Positions 11,601-17,649 of a DNA stretch of 64,000 nucleotides are shown here, in pieces. Position 1 is the first letter of the stretch. Each line of letters begins with the position of its first letter. The position numbers and the translations under genes are program-made. The DNA is taken from positions 624,602 to 688,601 of the forward strand of contig JAEXAB010000003.1 in assembly GCA_023394875.1 (NCBI GenBank), given 5' to 3'. Source of the stretch: Bacillota bacterium. GTDB taxonomy: Bacteria; Bacillota; Clostridia; Christensenellales; DTU072. The notes under the pieces were generated by a model. The model was not told the DNA's origin. It ran no database searches and was given only the letters and a program-made list of their open reading frames with translations.

Positions 11601-11665
11601 ATAGCCACCGCTAGGAACATAATTACATAGATAGAAATAATAAAAATTTTCGATCTTGCTTGCAT
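5615..11665 (-). CDS. giant (2016 aa) surface protein with N-terminal signal/anchor, repeated Ig-like modules and C-terminal TM anchor
   Basis: Uninterrupted 6-kb ORF. The N-terminal hydrophobic helix is IFIISIYVIMFLAVAICFGFGVF. Seven module boundaries have the form [IV]D-x3-P (NMDIIRPNF, KIDKVTPVV, KIDTVMPTY, KVDNTVPNV, AIDTNEPDF, RVDKVRPEF, NIDTIPPVI). The C-terminal helix LAIIGASLFAIVIVVVVIAGI is followed by a basic tail. RBS AAGGA lies upstream. Confidence 0.9.
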   Translation of the reverse strand: MQARSKIFIISIYVIMFLAVAICFGFGVFVSEVSANADVSWNVRVTKFVNENYYDLNSGDRVTDSNELHFLISNYQLNDGFQYYLSSANLSNEQLQNVAGGNWSTITTTNLREINGVTYIFHTENVGNSFNKYIYFRRQYTVYEGESQTTQNEYYPYSWNIEVNTALSAEDLGFSQIKATYQQGAQTLNYTGNWTNASISFEITTLWMAGHGAYNPSDELLYYSVDNKEGSNPTKQWRPMSSNKVTVRENLNDVKIWFRVTDISGQNKVQQAFTYNVNMDIIRPNFVVTATTIKANGSIGEYFKGNWACNDVVFTLEDTSNCISPIEYWVNLNGAGYEKMDTNSYSVSSSKQSVVFQARNAAGEIYHGADTTYEVKIDKVTPVVKLSAKTDDPEIFNDSNFSKNLTIESTPEGLNAGYANGRVRIIIDNKYATGEYVESLSAPKFYYAEKLANGDYSQDVQLTAVSLVSGGKTYYYAILEKSVSGILQNKTYRFRIESGAEKSSTTVDLKVTLVSTYFELNIDFDDAVFSTNSEGWVATEGIEVFAKMPTDTKLVGGQYTTPATRYTFWYSPNNISGVLYSAQGTYVGAISEGFSLYSFNLSASAESPFTIYATNAAGKRSYNSFTTPTIKIDTVMPTYELTAMIAPRDENYGGPFQYVVSTDWVNGSVIITLKVKSGISGVYVKELEYAVDANGNPLYDDFGKLRWIEPVERAPIDTTLITDNNIKYNIYKFEKSVPDTSIIFSQEYRFRIYTGSGVRATDMQGNDPSFIVNIDLSAQEDIVLEELRIGNDTISMENTLSVNYGPVCEDLSIELIPKAQLEGHFVYYFWNAALNSFVRANGTFIEFLIDEIKAQSGPQGTLEIIFYIESLAKDYKGDVLSSNPQRTLEGAYTLRIEYDVLNLAINYELITVMDSSQWNVAETVDVKITLVREGGAVYIPEEGYRYFYMLIKYKANINLSEEISKGTWLECDRISGATDPYQFSIDLSGKSFYGYLALSVTNRAGYRSSIGEISGNIIKVDNTVPNVKDIIKYSAGEPDGNIYYSTQPIRLVQTADAEANRSTRSYYYAILDASGNTSITQNPQSDTVLNGWTKLSSLMAFDSILDVSGNRIYTQYKIMLYSINEVGNRSGGIVDGSYVVYTFVIDPSSITGQLSYRADEGIYYDQSLNMFAYMWEERATISLSIETSNTEVQYYFKRDDLGLWELYVDPTIGFAQYYEAGSVNAQQLIFSAVYFPQGVKTSFTFKAVNRAGAEYIYTQKIYIAIDTNEPDFEIITTVNNLIYNGGSNTYLSDTTGAWSSVPVLVRINILQNCVSGIRFTYVLKYRTTSEVTTVERELPSDSFFSTDRLDGFDENRDAILIIYATRKSDANKGEGQAVVKIERAVRLRVDKVRPEFTLTGHASNDDSTASKTIVSGEWTNRSTVSISKSVSERNFNVSGVSYSYTYRDLDSTSVTTGTWSGDGTLSYSKICTVTVTARSGSGLTYTQVFQVNIDTIPPVIKFMSNISVIEGDNHFIDLKVFIEEENIEICEYITIKEDSRGLALDPNGYIISTSSVDNSTRIDKSTGKEYRGYVRIYVKDYAGNTATFVLYMLPFDLDVNNVTLSDTDLRKINKYEEDLNEAVSYMEQNRVIYFRNLISRLRDRVETLRNEITTYRAYLEGLAQRSSFELKSDYEEMFSYLKTFKEYKDYGQEWLQAAIKGDASSKYYGYYHNLEVVFAQLKAEMDKVESVEKSTIELPAINMVVSTDYNSIIRVYDSYNNLTADQRSCFDPNLFNKLTALKKSCEILLLTDEETGIKLDGNFAPGAKINVNAYSNTTEIFGNAQKAILSSVSSDGARAVVSVNNITLVGASSQTSTGEVSVVLPIPEEYRNYIKFAVYRLSNDGSVTEIKNVTIAGDGKSVSFSSDSLATFILATKANIEGNVPNEGVFGNFLGLELDVVMIRNLAIIGASLFAIVIVVVVIAGIRHKRFLNSFNRAYKSSIYRRGVQRIPKGNTMPRLNPLNKKERVKTQTKPY

Positions 11666-11803
11666 AACCCGTCCTTGTATATTAGCTTACATACCCATAA
11701 TGATAGATATTAATATAATATCATATGTATTAATATAATACAAGAACTTTTTATTTTTTTTCAGGTTTTATAATGGTAAAATAAGTTATTTTTAAGGTTA
11801 AAT

Positions 11804-11829
11804 TAAAAAAGGGCGCATGCCCTTTTTCT
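11804..11829 (-). terminator. terminator after the acidic zinc-ribbon gene
   Basis: AAAAAAGGGCGCATGCCCTTTTTC, a GC core stem flanked by A and T runs. Confidence 0.7.
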
Positions 11830-12299
11830 TATTTTTCGTCGTCTTCTAATATTTCGTCTTCCTCTTCTAGCTCTTCTTCCTCGTCAAGAAGGTCTTCGGG
11901 AATGTCAAAGAACTCTTCGTCTTCCTCTATTTCCTCTTCCTCGTCAAGGTCAACTGTCTCTTCTTCCACAAGCTCGTCAAGGGACAAGTCGACTTCGTCG
12001 TCCACAACGTCGTCTTCGTCTAGTTCTTCGTCTTCATTGAGGTCCCAATCGGGCTCCACGTCGTCGATTATCGACTTTTCTTTTTCCAATTCCATTTCGG
12101 CAGCGCAAGTTTCGCAAACGGTCTCACCATCGCACAAAAAGTTTATTCCGCAACGCGGGCATATCTCTCCTTCAATTTCCTCTTCGGTGTCTTCTGCAAG
12201 AGATATTCCTTTCAGCTCCTGCACACATATTTCGCAATATTCTTGATCTTCCAAAATGTAATTGATTTCACATCTCGGGCATTTCTTAAACTTAGGCAT
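11829..12299 (-). CDS. double zinc-ribbon protein with ~85-aa poly-acidic tail
   Basis: 156 aa. It has CPRC..CEIC and CPRC..CETC pairs, then a tail that is almost entirely D/E. Function unknown. Confidence 0.8.
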   Translation of the reverse strand: MPKFKKCPRCEINYILEDQEYCEICVQELKGISLAEDTEEEIEGEICPRCGINFLCDGETVCETCAAEMELEKEKSIIDDVEPDWDLNEDEELDEDDVVDDEVDLSLDELVEEETVDLDEEEEIEEDEEFFDIPEDLLDEEEELEEEDEILEDDEK

Positions 12300-12412
12300 A
12301 AAAATACCTCCAAAAAAAATATCCGAATTTCGCTTTATGCGTAATTCGGATATATTATATTTACTAACAACAGATTTGTAAACTACTTTTTTCTATTTTT
12401 TTCAAAATTATT

Positions 12413-13825
12413 TTAGAAAGCGGCAATTATGTCGGTTTGTGTGATAATTCCCAATACCTTTCCGGAGGTCGTATCGGTGGTAGAATCAATAGTTTCCGGT
12501 ATTTGATAGTAATAGGCGTTGTTGGATATTGTGGAATTGAAATAATAAATAACGCTTCCGATTTTTTCCAGCGTAACGTAAGTGGAATCGTACTCGCCGC
12601 TAAAAATCTTGGTTGCGTTGGCTTCCACAAAGGTATATGCGCCGTTATTTATTTCGAATATTTTTAATTTGTATATTGTGTTGCTGTTTACATACCACAG
12701 ATACATAACGCTATCGGTTATTTCTACGTCAAAGTAAGTAACCGCGCTGCCTACGTCGATGGAGGCAATCACTTCTTCATTCTCTTTATTAGTGGTGGTA
12801 AGTCTGGTGCCGTCGGCTTTGAAAACGTCAAAACGGTTGGTGTCCAAACCAAGATAATAATTGCCCGCCTTATAAAAATTCTTATATGCTAAATTGGTGG
12901 TGTCGTTTTTATTGAAAGTTATTCTTATTTCATTAGCTTTGTCAAAAGCAAAATTGGCGGTGTCAAAGGTATAGGAGTATATTCCGGCTTCGGGTGTATT
13001 GATGCCGTTGTCGGTCTTAACGTAAAACAGCTTTATTTTGCCATCAGCTTCTTTGGTAGCGGATAACAAAGTTATTGTATACTTAGTTTTTCCTTCATTG
13101 TCCAGCATTTTACTGTCAATTAGTACTTTGCTTTCTCCGCCCGCTATAGGATATGCCTTTAATATATAATCGGCTGAGTCGTTTTCGTTGTAAACGGTAT
13201 AGAAAATATAACCTTGGGCAAACTGATATCCCCCCGAAATAATATTTTCTTCTATTGTGGCAACAGGAAATTTCTTTTCATCTAAGCTTATTGAATAAAT
13301 ACCGTTTTTACGTACGTAAACCAGTTTTTTTTCCTCTACTTTGAAAACAACGGTATGGTCTTCAAATTCGGCAACAGTCGAAGTATCGGTGCCGTCGACT
13401 TTGGTCCGCATAATGACCATTTCCGAAGTCTTGGCTTTGCCTTCGCTGTTAAGTTCTGTACTGGTTGTGGCATAATATATATAGTTGTCGGAAATATAGA
13501 TTCCACCATAAGTTTTGTCGGTGCCGTAAACGTTCTTGGGTACGATAATTTGAGCTTTGCCGTTAGGCTTTCCGCTAACTAAGTTTACTCTTGCAATAGC
13601 GCCCTTGGTTACGTCGCCGAAGTTATTGTCAACATCTTGACCTGCATAACCGTTGATAAAGTATAAATAATCCCCGTAAACAACAGCCATTCCCCCGTTG
13701 CTAGATACTATATCACTGTAATTTGTAGCTATCGGTTTTTGCTTCAAGCTTTCGGTGCAACCGCTCAAAACAACAACAAGAAGGGCGGCAACACATAAAA
13801 TCGCAATTAAAATTTTCTTTTTCAT
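12413..13825 (-). CDS. lipoprotein, beta-propeller-like (DUF5050-like), function unknown
   Basis: 470 aa. It has a signal peptide plus lipobox LSGC. Recurrent blades of the type YLYFINGY, NYIYYATT, GYIFYTV and SVIYYFNS are present. The family assignment is tentative. Confidence 0.75.
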   Translation of the reverse strand: MKKKILIAILCVAALLVVVLSGCTESLKQKPIATNYSDIVSSNGGMAVVYGDYLYFINGYAGQDVDNNFGDVTKGAIARVNLVSGKPNGKAQIIVPKNVYGTDKTYGGIYISDNYIYYATTSTELNSEGKAKTSEMVIMRTKVDGTDTSTVAEFEDHTVVFKVEEKKLVYVRKNGIYSISLDEKKFPVATIEENIISGGYQFAQGYIFYTVYNENDSADYILKAYPIAGGESKVLIDSKMLDNEGKTKYTITLLSATKEADGKIKLFYVKTDNGINTPEAGIYSYTFDTANFAFDKANEIRITFNKNDTTNLAYKNFYKAGNYYLGLDTNRFDVFKADGTRLTTTNKENEEVIASIDVGSAVTYFDVEITDSVMYLWYVNSNTIYKLKIFEINNGAYTFVEANATKIFSGEYDSTYVTLEKIGSVIYYFNSTISNNAYYYQIPETIDSTTDTTSGKVLGIITQTDIIAAF

Positions 13826-13996
13826 AGCTTCTCCAAAGATTTTGAAATATTCAAAAAGTCAAAGACTATTATATATTATAAAATAGCTTTTTGCAATAGT
13901 TTTTTCCATACTGTCCATAAATATAACTTTGCAAAAGATAAATTTACTGTAATAAATTATTTGCTTTTTTGCCTAAAATAATATATTATTTTTGCT

Positions 13997-14827
13997 ATGG
14001 CAAAGGGGAATCCAAAAAAAACTAGAATTATAATCGCTTCCGTACTTACTCCGATATTGATTATCGCATGGGTAATCCTTGCTTATTACTCCCTCAATGC
14101 CATTAATGCCGACGACAGGGTAATCCCTTATCAAACCAAATATATCGCGCACAGAGGCTACAGTGCCAAATATATGGAAAATACTTCGATGGCTTTCAAG
14201 TCAGCCAGCATGGAGCCGTTTTTTAGCGGTATTGAAACCGATGTTTGGCGGACAAAAGACGGCGTCTTCGTATGCAGTCACGATGTTAATCCTTTTGTTG
14301 ATAAAAAGATAAAAATAACCGAAAAAAATTTTGACGAAATATCTTCTTTGCCGCTAGACACTTCAAAGATTCAATACAAAATAGACTTGACTAAAGAATA
14401 CCGGATTTGCACGCTTAGGGAATACTTATCCATATGTTTGGTATCCAATAAATTAGCTATCATAGAAATAAAGCAGGACTTTGACGCTGCCCAGACCGAA
14501 GAGCTTTTGATGTTTGTCAAAGGTAAAATTTCTTACGATAAGGTGTTTTTCGCCGGATTTAACAAACAGATTATAGAAAGAATACATACCATGGCTCCGT
14601 ATTATAAGATATTGGTTTTTTCCTACAAAGAACAGACCGCTTATTTGCATGCCGAACTGGGATATAATGTCGGAACATCTCAAAGTGAACTTACCGATAG
14701 CATAATTAAAAAGGCGCACAAGAACAGCAGTTATGTTTTTGTATACACCATTAAGGATACCCGCACTGCCACTAAATTCAAGAATATGGAAGTGGATTTT
14801 ATTATTTGCGACGACGTGATTGCTTGA
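13997..14827 (+). CDS. membrane-anchored glycerophosphodiester phosphodiesterase family protein
   Basis: 276 aa. It has an N-terminal TM helix, then IAHRGYS..ENTSMAF..GIETDVWRTKDG (GDPD catalytic H-R / E-D motifs). Confidence 0.85.
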   Translation: MAKGNPKKTRIIIASVLTPILIIAWVILAYYSLNAINADDRVIPYQTKYIAHRGYSAKYMENTSMAFKSASMEPFFSGIETDVWRTKDGVFVCSHDVNPFVDKKIKITEKNFDEISSLPLDTSKIQYKIDLTKEYRICTLREYLSICLVSNKLAIIEIKQDFDAAQTEELLMFVKGKISYDKVFFAGFNKQIIERIHTMAPYYKILVFSYKEQTAYLHAELGYNVGTSQSELTDSIIKKAHKNSSYVFVYTIKDTRTATKFKNMEVDFIICDDVIA

Positions 14828-14836
14828 TTTTTTCCT

Positions 14837-15379
14837 CTACAAAAAGTATTTTTTCTTCATAATTTCCATAAAACGGCTTAGCGGCTTAAAGGCAAGTAAT
14901 ATAATGACAAAATTGCCTATAGTTTGTGTTATATAAAAAGACACACCCGACAAATACGTTGCCACAAACCTGTCTTCCCAACCTAATTTTCCGATACCTC
15001 CAACAATTAAATAGTATAAAAAGGTGCTTTGTATGCCGAATAAAGAGGTAATCAAAGCTACGAACAATGCAATAACAATAGGCTGTTTTATTTTTTGTTT
15101 CTTCAAAATATATGCCGTTAAACTCAAAAAGCCCCAATGAATGTAGTACGCTATTATCCAAGTCGGCAAAAATCCCCAAATAATCCCTTCCAGGGTGCAA
15201 AATACCATCGATGCAAAAAACCCTATCCCCAGCCCGAAAGCGTAAGTATAAACTGTTATAAGTAAGCTTACTACTTCTATATTCGGGATATACATCAGTA
15301 CGAACTTAAATGCGGTAAGGCTGGCGCCCAGCAAAGAAATCAGCACCAATTTTTTTATATGCAAATAATTTTTTGACAT
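14837..15379 (-). CDS. ECF-transporter S-component-like membrane protein (cobalamin-specific, CbrT-like, by context)
   Basis: 180 aa with about 6 hydrophobic helices. It lies 3 nt downstream of the DUF4430 gene and is in one operon behind a cobalamin riboswitch. Confidence 0.6.
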   Translation of the reverse strand: MSKNYLHIKKLVLISLLGASLTAFKFVLMYIPNIEVVSLLITVYTYAFGLGIGFFASMVFCTLEGIIWGFLPTWIIAYYIHWGFLSLTAYILKKQKIKQPIVIALFVALITSLFGIQSTFLYYLIVGGIGKLGWEDRFVATYLSGVSFYITQTIGNFVIILLAFKPLSRFMEIMKKKYFL

Positions 15380-15382
15380 AAT

Positions 15383-15871
15383 TTATTCAAAAACCTTAAT
15401 AATATAAATCGCGCCGTCAACTAACGGAAGACCTTCCGCCCCTAATTTAGCTCCCATATATTCTGTATCCTGGAAAGTAATAGACGTCGACCACTCCGAA
15501 GGCTCTTCCTGATAGTCAGTTAAATTTGTATAAAAATAAATATAGCCGTTAAGTGGCGGTTTTAACAAGCCTATTTGGATATAATAATCACCGTATGCTC
15601 CTACAGTTGACTTGGCAACAAGGATTTTTTCTTCGTCCAGCCTATTAATAAGTTCCGCTAGCTTTTCTTCGCTTAAAATTCCGTTATAAATGGTTTTTAA
15701 GTTCTCCGAAGAAGAATTTGTATAAAACACTTCCACTTTTTCTCCCGAAACAATAACGACTATTCTGTCGGTGTTAATTTCGGGCTTTTCTTGGGCGCAG
15801 GAAACAAGTAAAATTAGCGCAAGGACAAAAATTAGGGACAAAACAAGTCCCTTGGTAAAAAAGTTTTTCAT
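15383..15871 (-). CDS. DUF4430-type lipoprotein (transcobalamin-like B12-binding domain family)
   Basis: 162 aa, lipobox LVSC. Its size and its position as the first gene behind a B12 riboswitch fit the DUF4430 family. GGAGG lies 9 nt upstream of the ATG. Confidence 0.6.
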   Translation of the reverse strand: MKNFFTKGLVLSLIFVLALILLVSCAQEKPEINTDRIVVIVSGEKVEVFYTNSSSENLKTIYNGILSEEKLAELINRLDEEKILVAKSTVGAYGDYYIQIGLLKPPLNGYIYFYTNLTDYQEEPSEWSTSITFQDTEYMGAKLGAEGLPLVDGAIYIIKVFE

Positions 15872-15897
15872 AAGGTATACCCTCCGTATAAATATTA

Positions 15898-16032
15898 ATA
15901 CACAAGTGTCCTGACTCAGGCGTAGAGTGTTCTACGGGTATGCCTTCCATTTTAAGTGGCGTATAACCTTTATCCTTCTACAGTAGCGGGGGCTGTGGGG
16001 ATTAAACTTACGTTCTCCCCTTCCTTGTAATA
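15898..16032 (-). promoter_or_regulatory. cobalamin (AdoCbl) riboswitch
   Basis: The minus strand reads AAGGAAGGGGAGAACGTAAGTTTAATCCCCACAGCCCCCGCTACTGTAGAAGG...GCCACTTAAAATGGAAGGCA...CGCCTGAGTCAGGACACTTGTG. This matches the conserved core (..AATCCC..C.GCCCCCGC.ACTGTA..), the GCCACT element and the B12-box-like AGTCAGGA-ACC/T-TG. Confidence 0.8.
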
Positions 16033-16045
16033 TTTAATTAAATTG

Positions 16046-17314
16046 TCAGTCGTCTTTTCCGTCGGAAATTTTTATTCCGTTGTTACCGTCCACTTCCTGA
16101 CCTTTATTTTGAGCGGCTTTGGCAACATAATAAACTTCTCTTGCGGCGTTTTCCACAGTAGTGGGCAAGAACAAGTCGGAATCAACTTTACTAAGACTGC
16201 AGTTTTCCTCACCGTAGAGGAACTTTTCTTCCATAATAATTTGAAAGTCTATGCTGAATTCTCCACTCTTTGAACCACGGCGGTCTTTTAATAGCGTATT
16301 CACAATAGCTATCATATTTTTTGCTTTGACGCGGTCTTCTTCTTTTGAAATCAGAATATTGACAACGTTATTCAAGTCGGCAATACTAAAGTCAAAAGCT
16401 ACGTCAAAAGACGTTTTCATATGTGTGGGATAGTTGTCTTTGTTTACAGATGCGTCAACGGTCGCATTTTTTATGGTTATCCATTTTTTTAGATATGGTA
16501 AAAGACTATCGTAAATTTGTAACTCTTCGCCGTATTCTTCGGTATTGAAAAAGCCGGCGAGTCGGGAAATTTCGTCAAAAACCATTTTATAAATGACGTC
16601 TGTCTTTGCCAATATCTCATAATTAAAGAGGTTGGTGTCAGTACTAAAAAATTTTGACGCGTTATCCATGTTTATTATTTTACTAGATTTGCTTAGGTCG
16701 AGGAACGTGGAAAACATAAGATAATCTGCAATTTTTAATTCCAGATTTAAGTTATTGTTGCTGATAAAGGCATTTATACTGTCATCGTCTGTCGCCACCC
16801 AATAAGGATCGGATATTCCTCTGCCGTCATGATGTGTTGCCTTAATATTATAGCTGCCTTCTCTATGCCCCATATTCATGGTAAAATGGGTTCTTCCGGT
16901 AAGATATGCGGTAATTTCATTTACAAGATAAGCGGGAAGGTCATCTATAGAAAGTTTACTTACTAAATTAAACAAAGAGGTCACATTTTCGGACACGTTA
17001 TAACTGTTCAACTTGCCGTCTATAAAAGTGGAGCCTTTGTTTAGTATCCTGTCTAAAAACAGCTGCTGACCGATGTCGTAAGTTACCGAAGCGGAATCGC
17101 TTGTCTTTACTCCATAAAGTTTCATGATTAACTTGACGTCAAATTGGCTCCTTCTGACGTCGAGTTTATTATAATTCTCCAAAGCGGTATTTATGTCGGG
17201 CTTGACAAGATTTCTGTCATCTTCCACAGCGGCACTAAAACAAGACGCCGCGCTCAACAAAATAGCGGAGATTAGGAGAATTATTGGTAATATTTTGCTA
17301 ATAATTTTTTTCAT
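16046..17314 (-). CDS. secreted/lipoprotein of unknown function
   Basis: 422 aa. The signal peptide has LSAASC. I recognise no catalytic motif. Confidence 0.8.
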   Translation of the reverse strand: MKKIISKILPIILLISAILLSAASCFSAAVEDDRNLVKPDINTALENYNKLDVRRSQFDVKLIMKLYGVKTSDSASVTYDIGQQLFLDRILNKGSTFIDGKLNSYNVSENVTSLFNLVSKLSIDDLPAYLVNEITAYLTGRTHFTMNMGHREGSYNIKATHHDGRGISDPYWVATDDDSINAFISNNNLNLELKIADYLMFSTFLDLSKSSKIINMDNASKFFSTDTNLFNYEILAKTDVIYKMVFDEISRLAGFFNTEEYGEELQIYDSLLPYLKKWITIKNATVDASVNKDNYPTHMKTSFDVAFDFSIADLNNVVNILISKEEDRVKAKNMIAIVNTLLKDRRGSKSGEFSIDFQIIMEEKFLYGEENCSLSKVDSDLFLPTTVENAAREVYYVAKAAQNKGQEVDGNNGIKISDGKDD

Positions 17315-17424
17315 ATACCCTATATTTTATCCCAATTATTCAGGATAGCTATATTATACTATACAATAATTATATTGACAAGTAATATTTTTTGACACAC
17401 TTTTCGGTTTTTCAAAAAAAATAT

Positions 17425-17452
17425 TTGACAATAACATAAAATAAACTATAAT
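17425..17452 (+). promoter_or_regulatory. strong sigma-A-type promoter of the acyl-CoA synthetase leader
   Basis: TTGACA (17425-17430), 16-nt spacer, TATAAT (17447-17452). Confidence 0.65.
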
Positions 17453-17473
17453 AGAAAACAAAGAGGACAAAGA

Positions 17474-17554
17474 ATGCATTTACCAACAAGCGCAACACTG
17501 ATTGTAAACACCGTCATATTAAACGAACTTGTCGTCGTCGGCAGACTCGGTTAA
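17474..17554 (+). CDS. candidate 26-codon leader peptide (MHLPTSATLIVNTVILNELVVVGRLG)
   Basis: AAGAGGA RBS lies 6 nt upstream of the ATG. 12 of 26 codons are Ile/Leu/Val, including GTC GTC GTC. It lies between the promoter and a terminator hairpin. Confidence 0.35.
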   Translation: MHLPTSATLIVNTVILNELVVVGRLG

Positions 17555-17584
17555 TTGTTGCGCGCTTGTGGGAATACAGTTATT

Positions 17585-17620
17585 AAGGGTACCTTGCAAG
17601 CGTATAAGGGTACCTTTTTT
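17585..17620 (+). terminator. candidate attenuator terminator upstream of the acyl-CoA synthetase
   Basis: AAGGGTACC (17585-17593) pairs with GGTACCTTT (17609-17617), 9 bp including one G:U. The loop is 15 nt and a T6 run follows. It sits 30 nt before the ATG at 17650. Confidence 0.4.
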
Positions 17621-17649
17621 CAAGTTTATATTCTAAGGAGAGTTGCTTT

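Noticed and set aside
11902-12246. 114-aa poly-Ser ORF on the plus strand
   Set aside because: It is the antisense reading of the GAA/GAT-rich acidic tail of the zinc-ribbon gene. It is low complexity and has no RBS.
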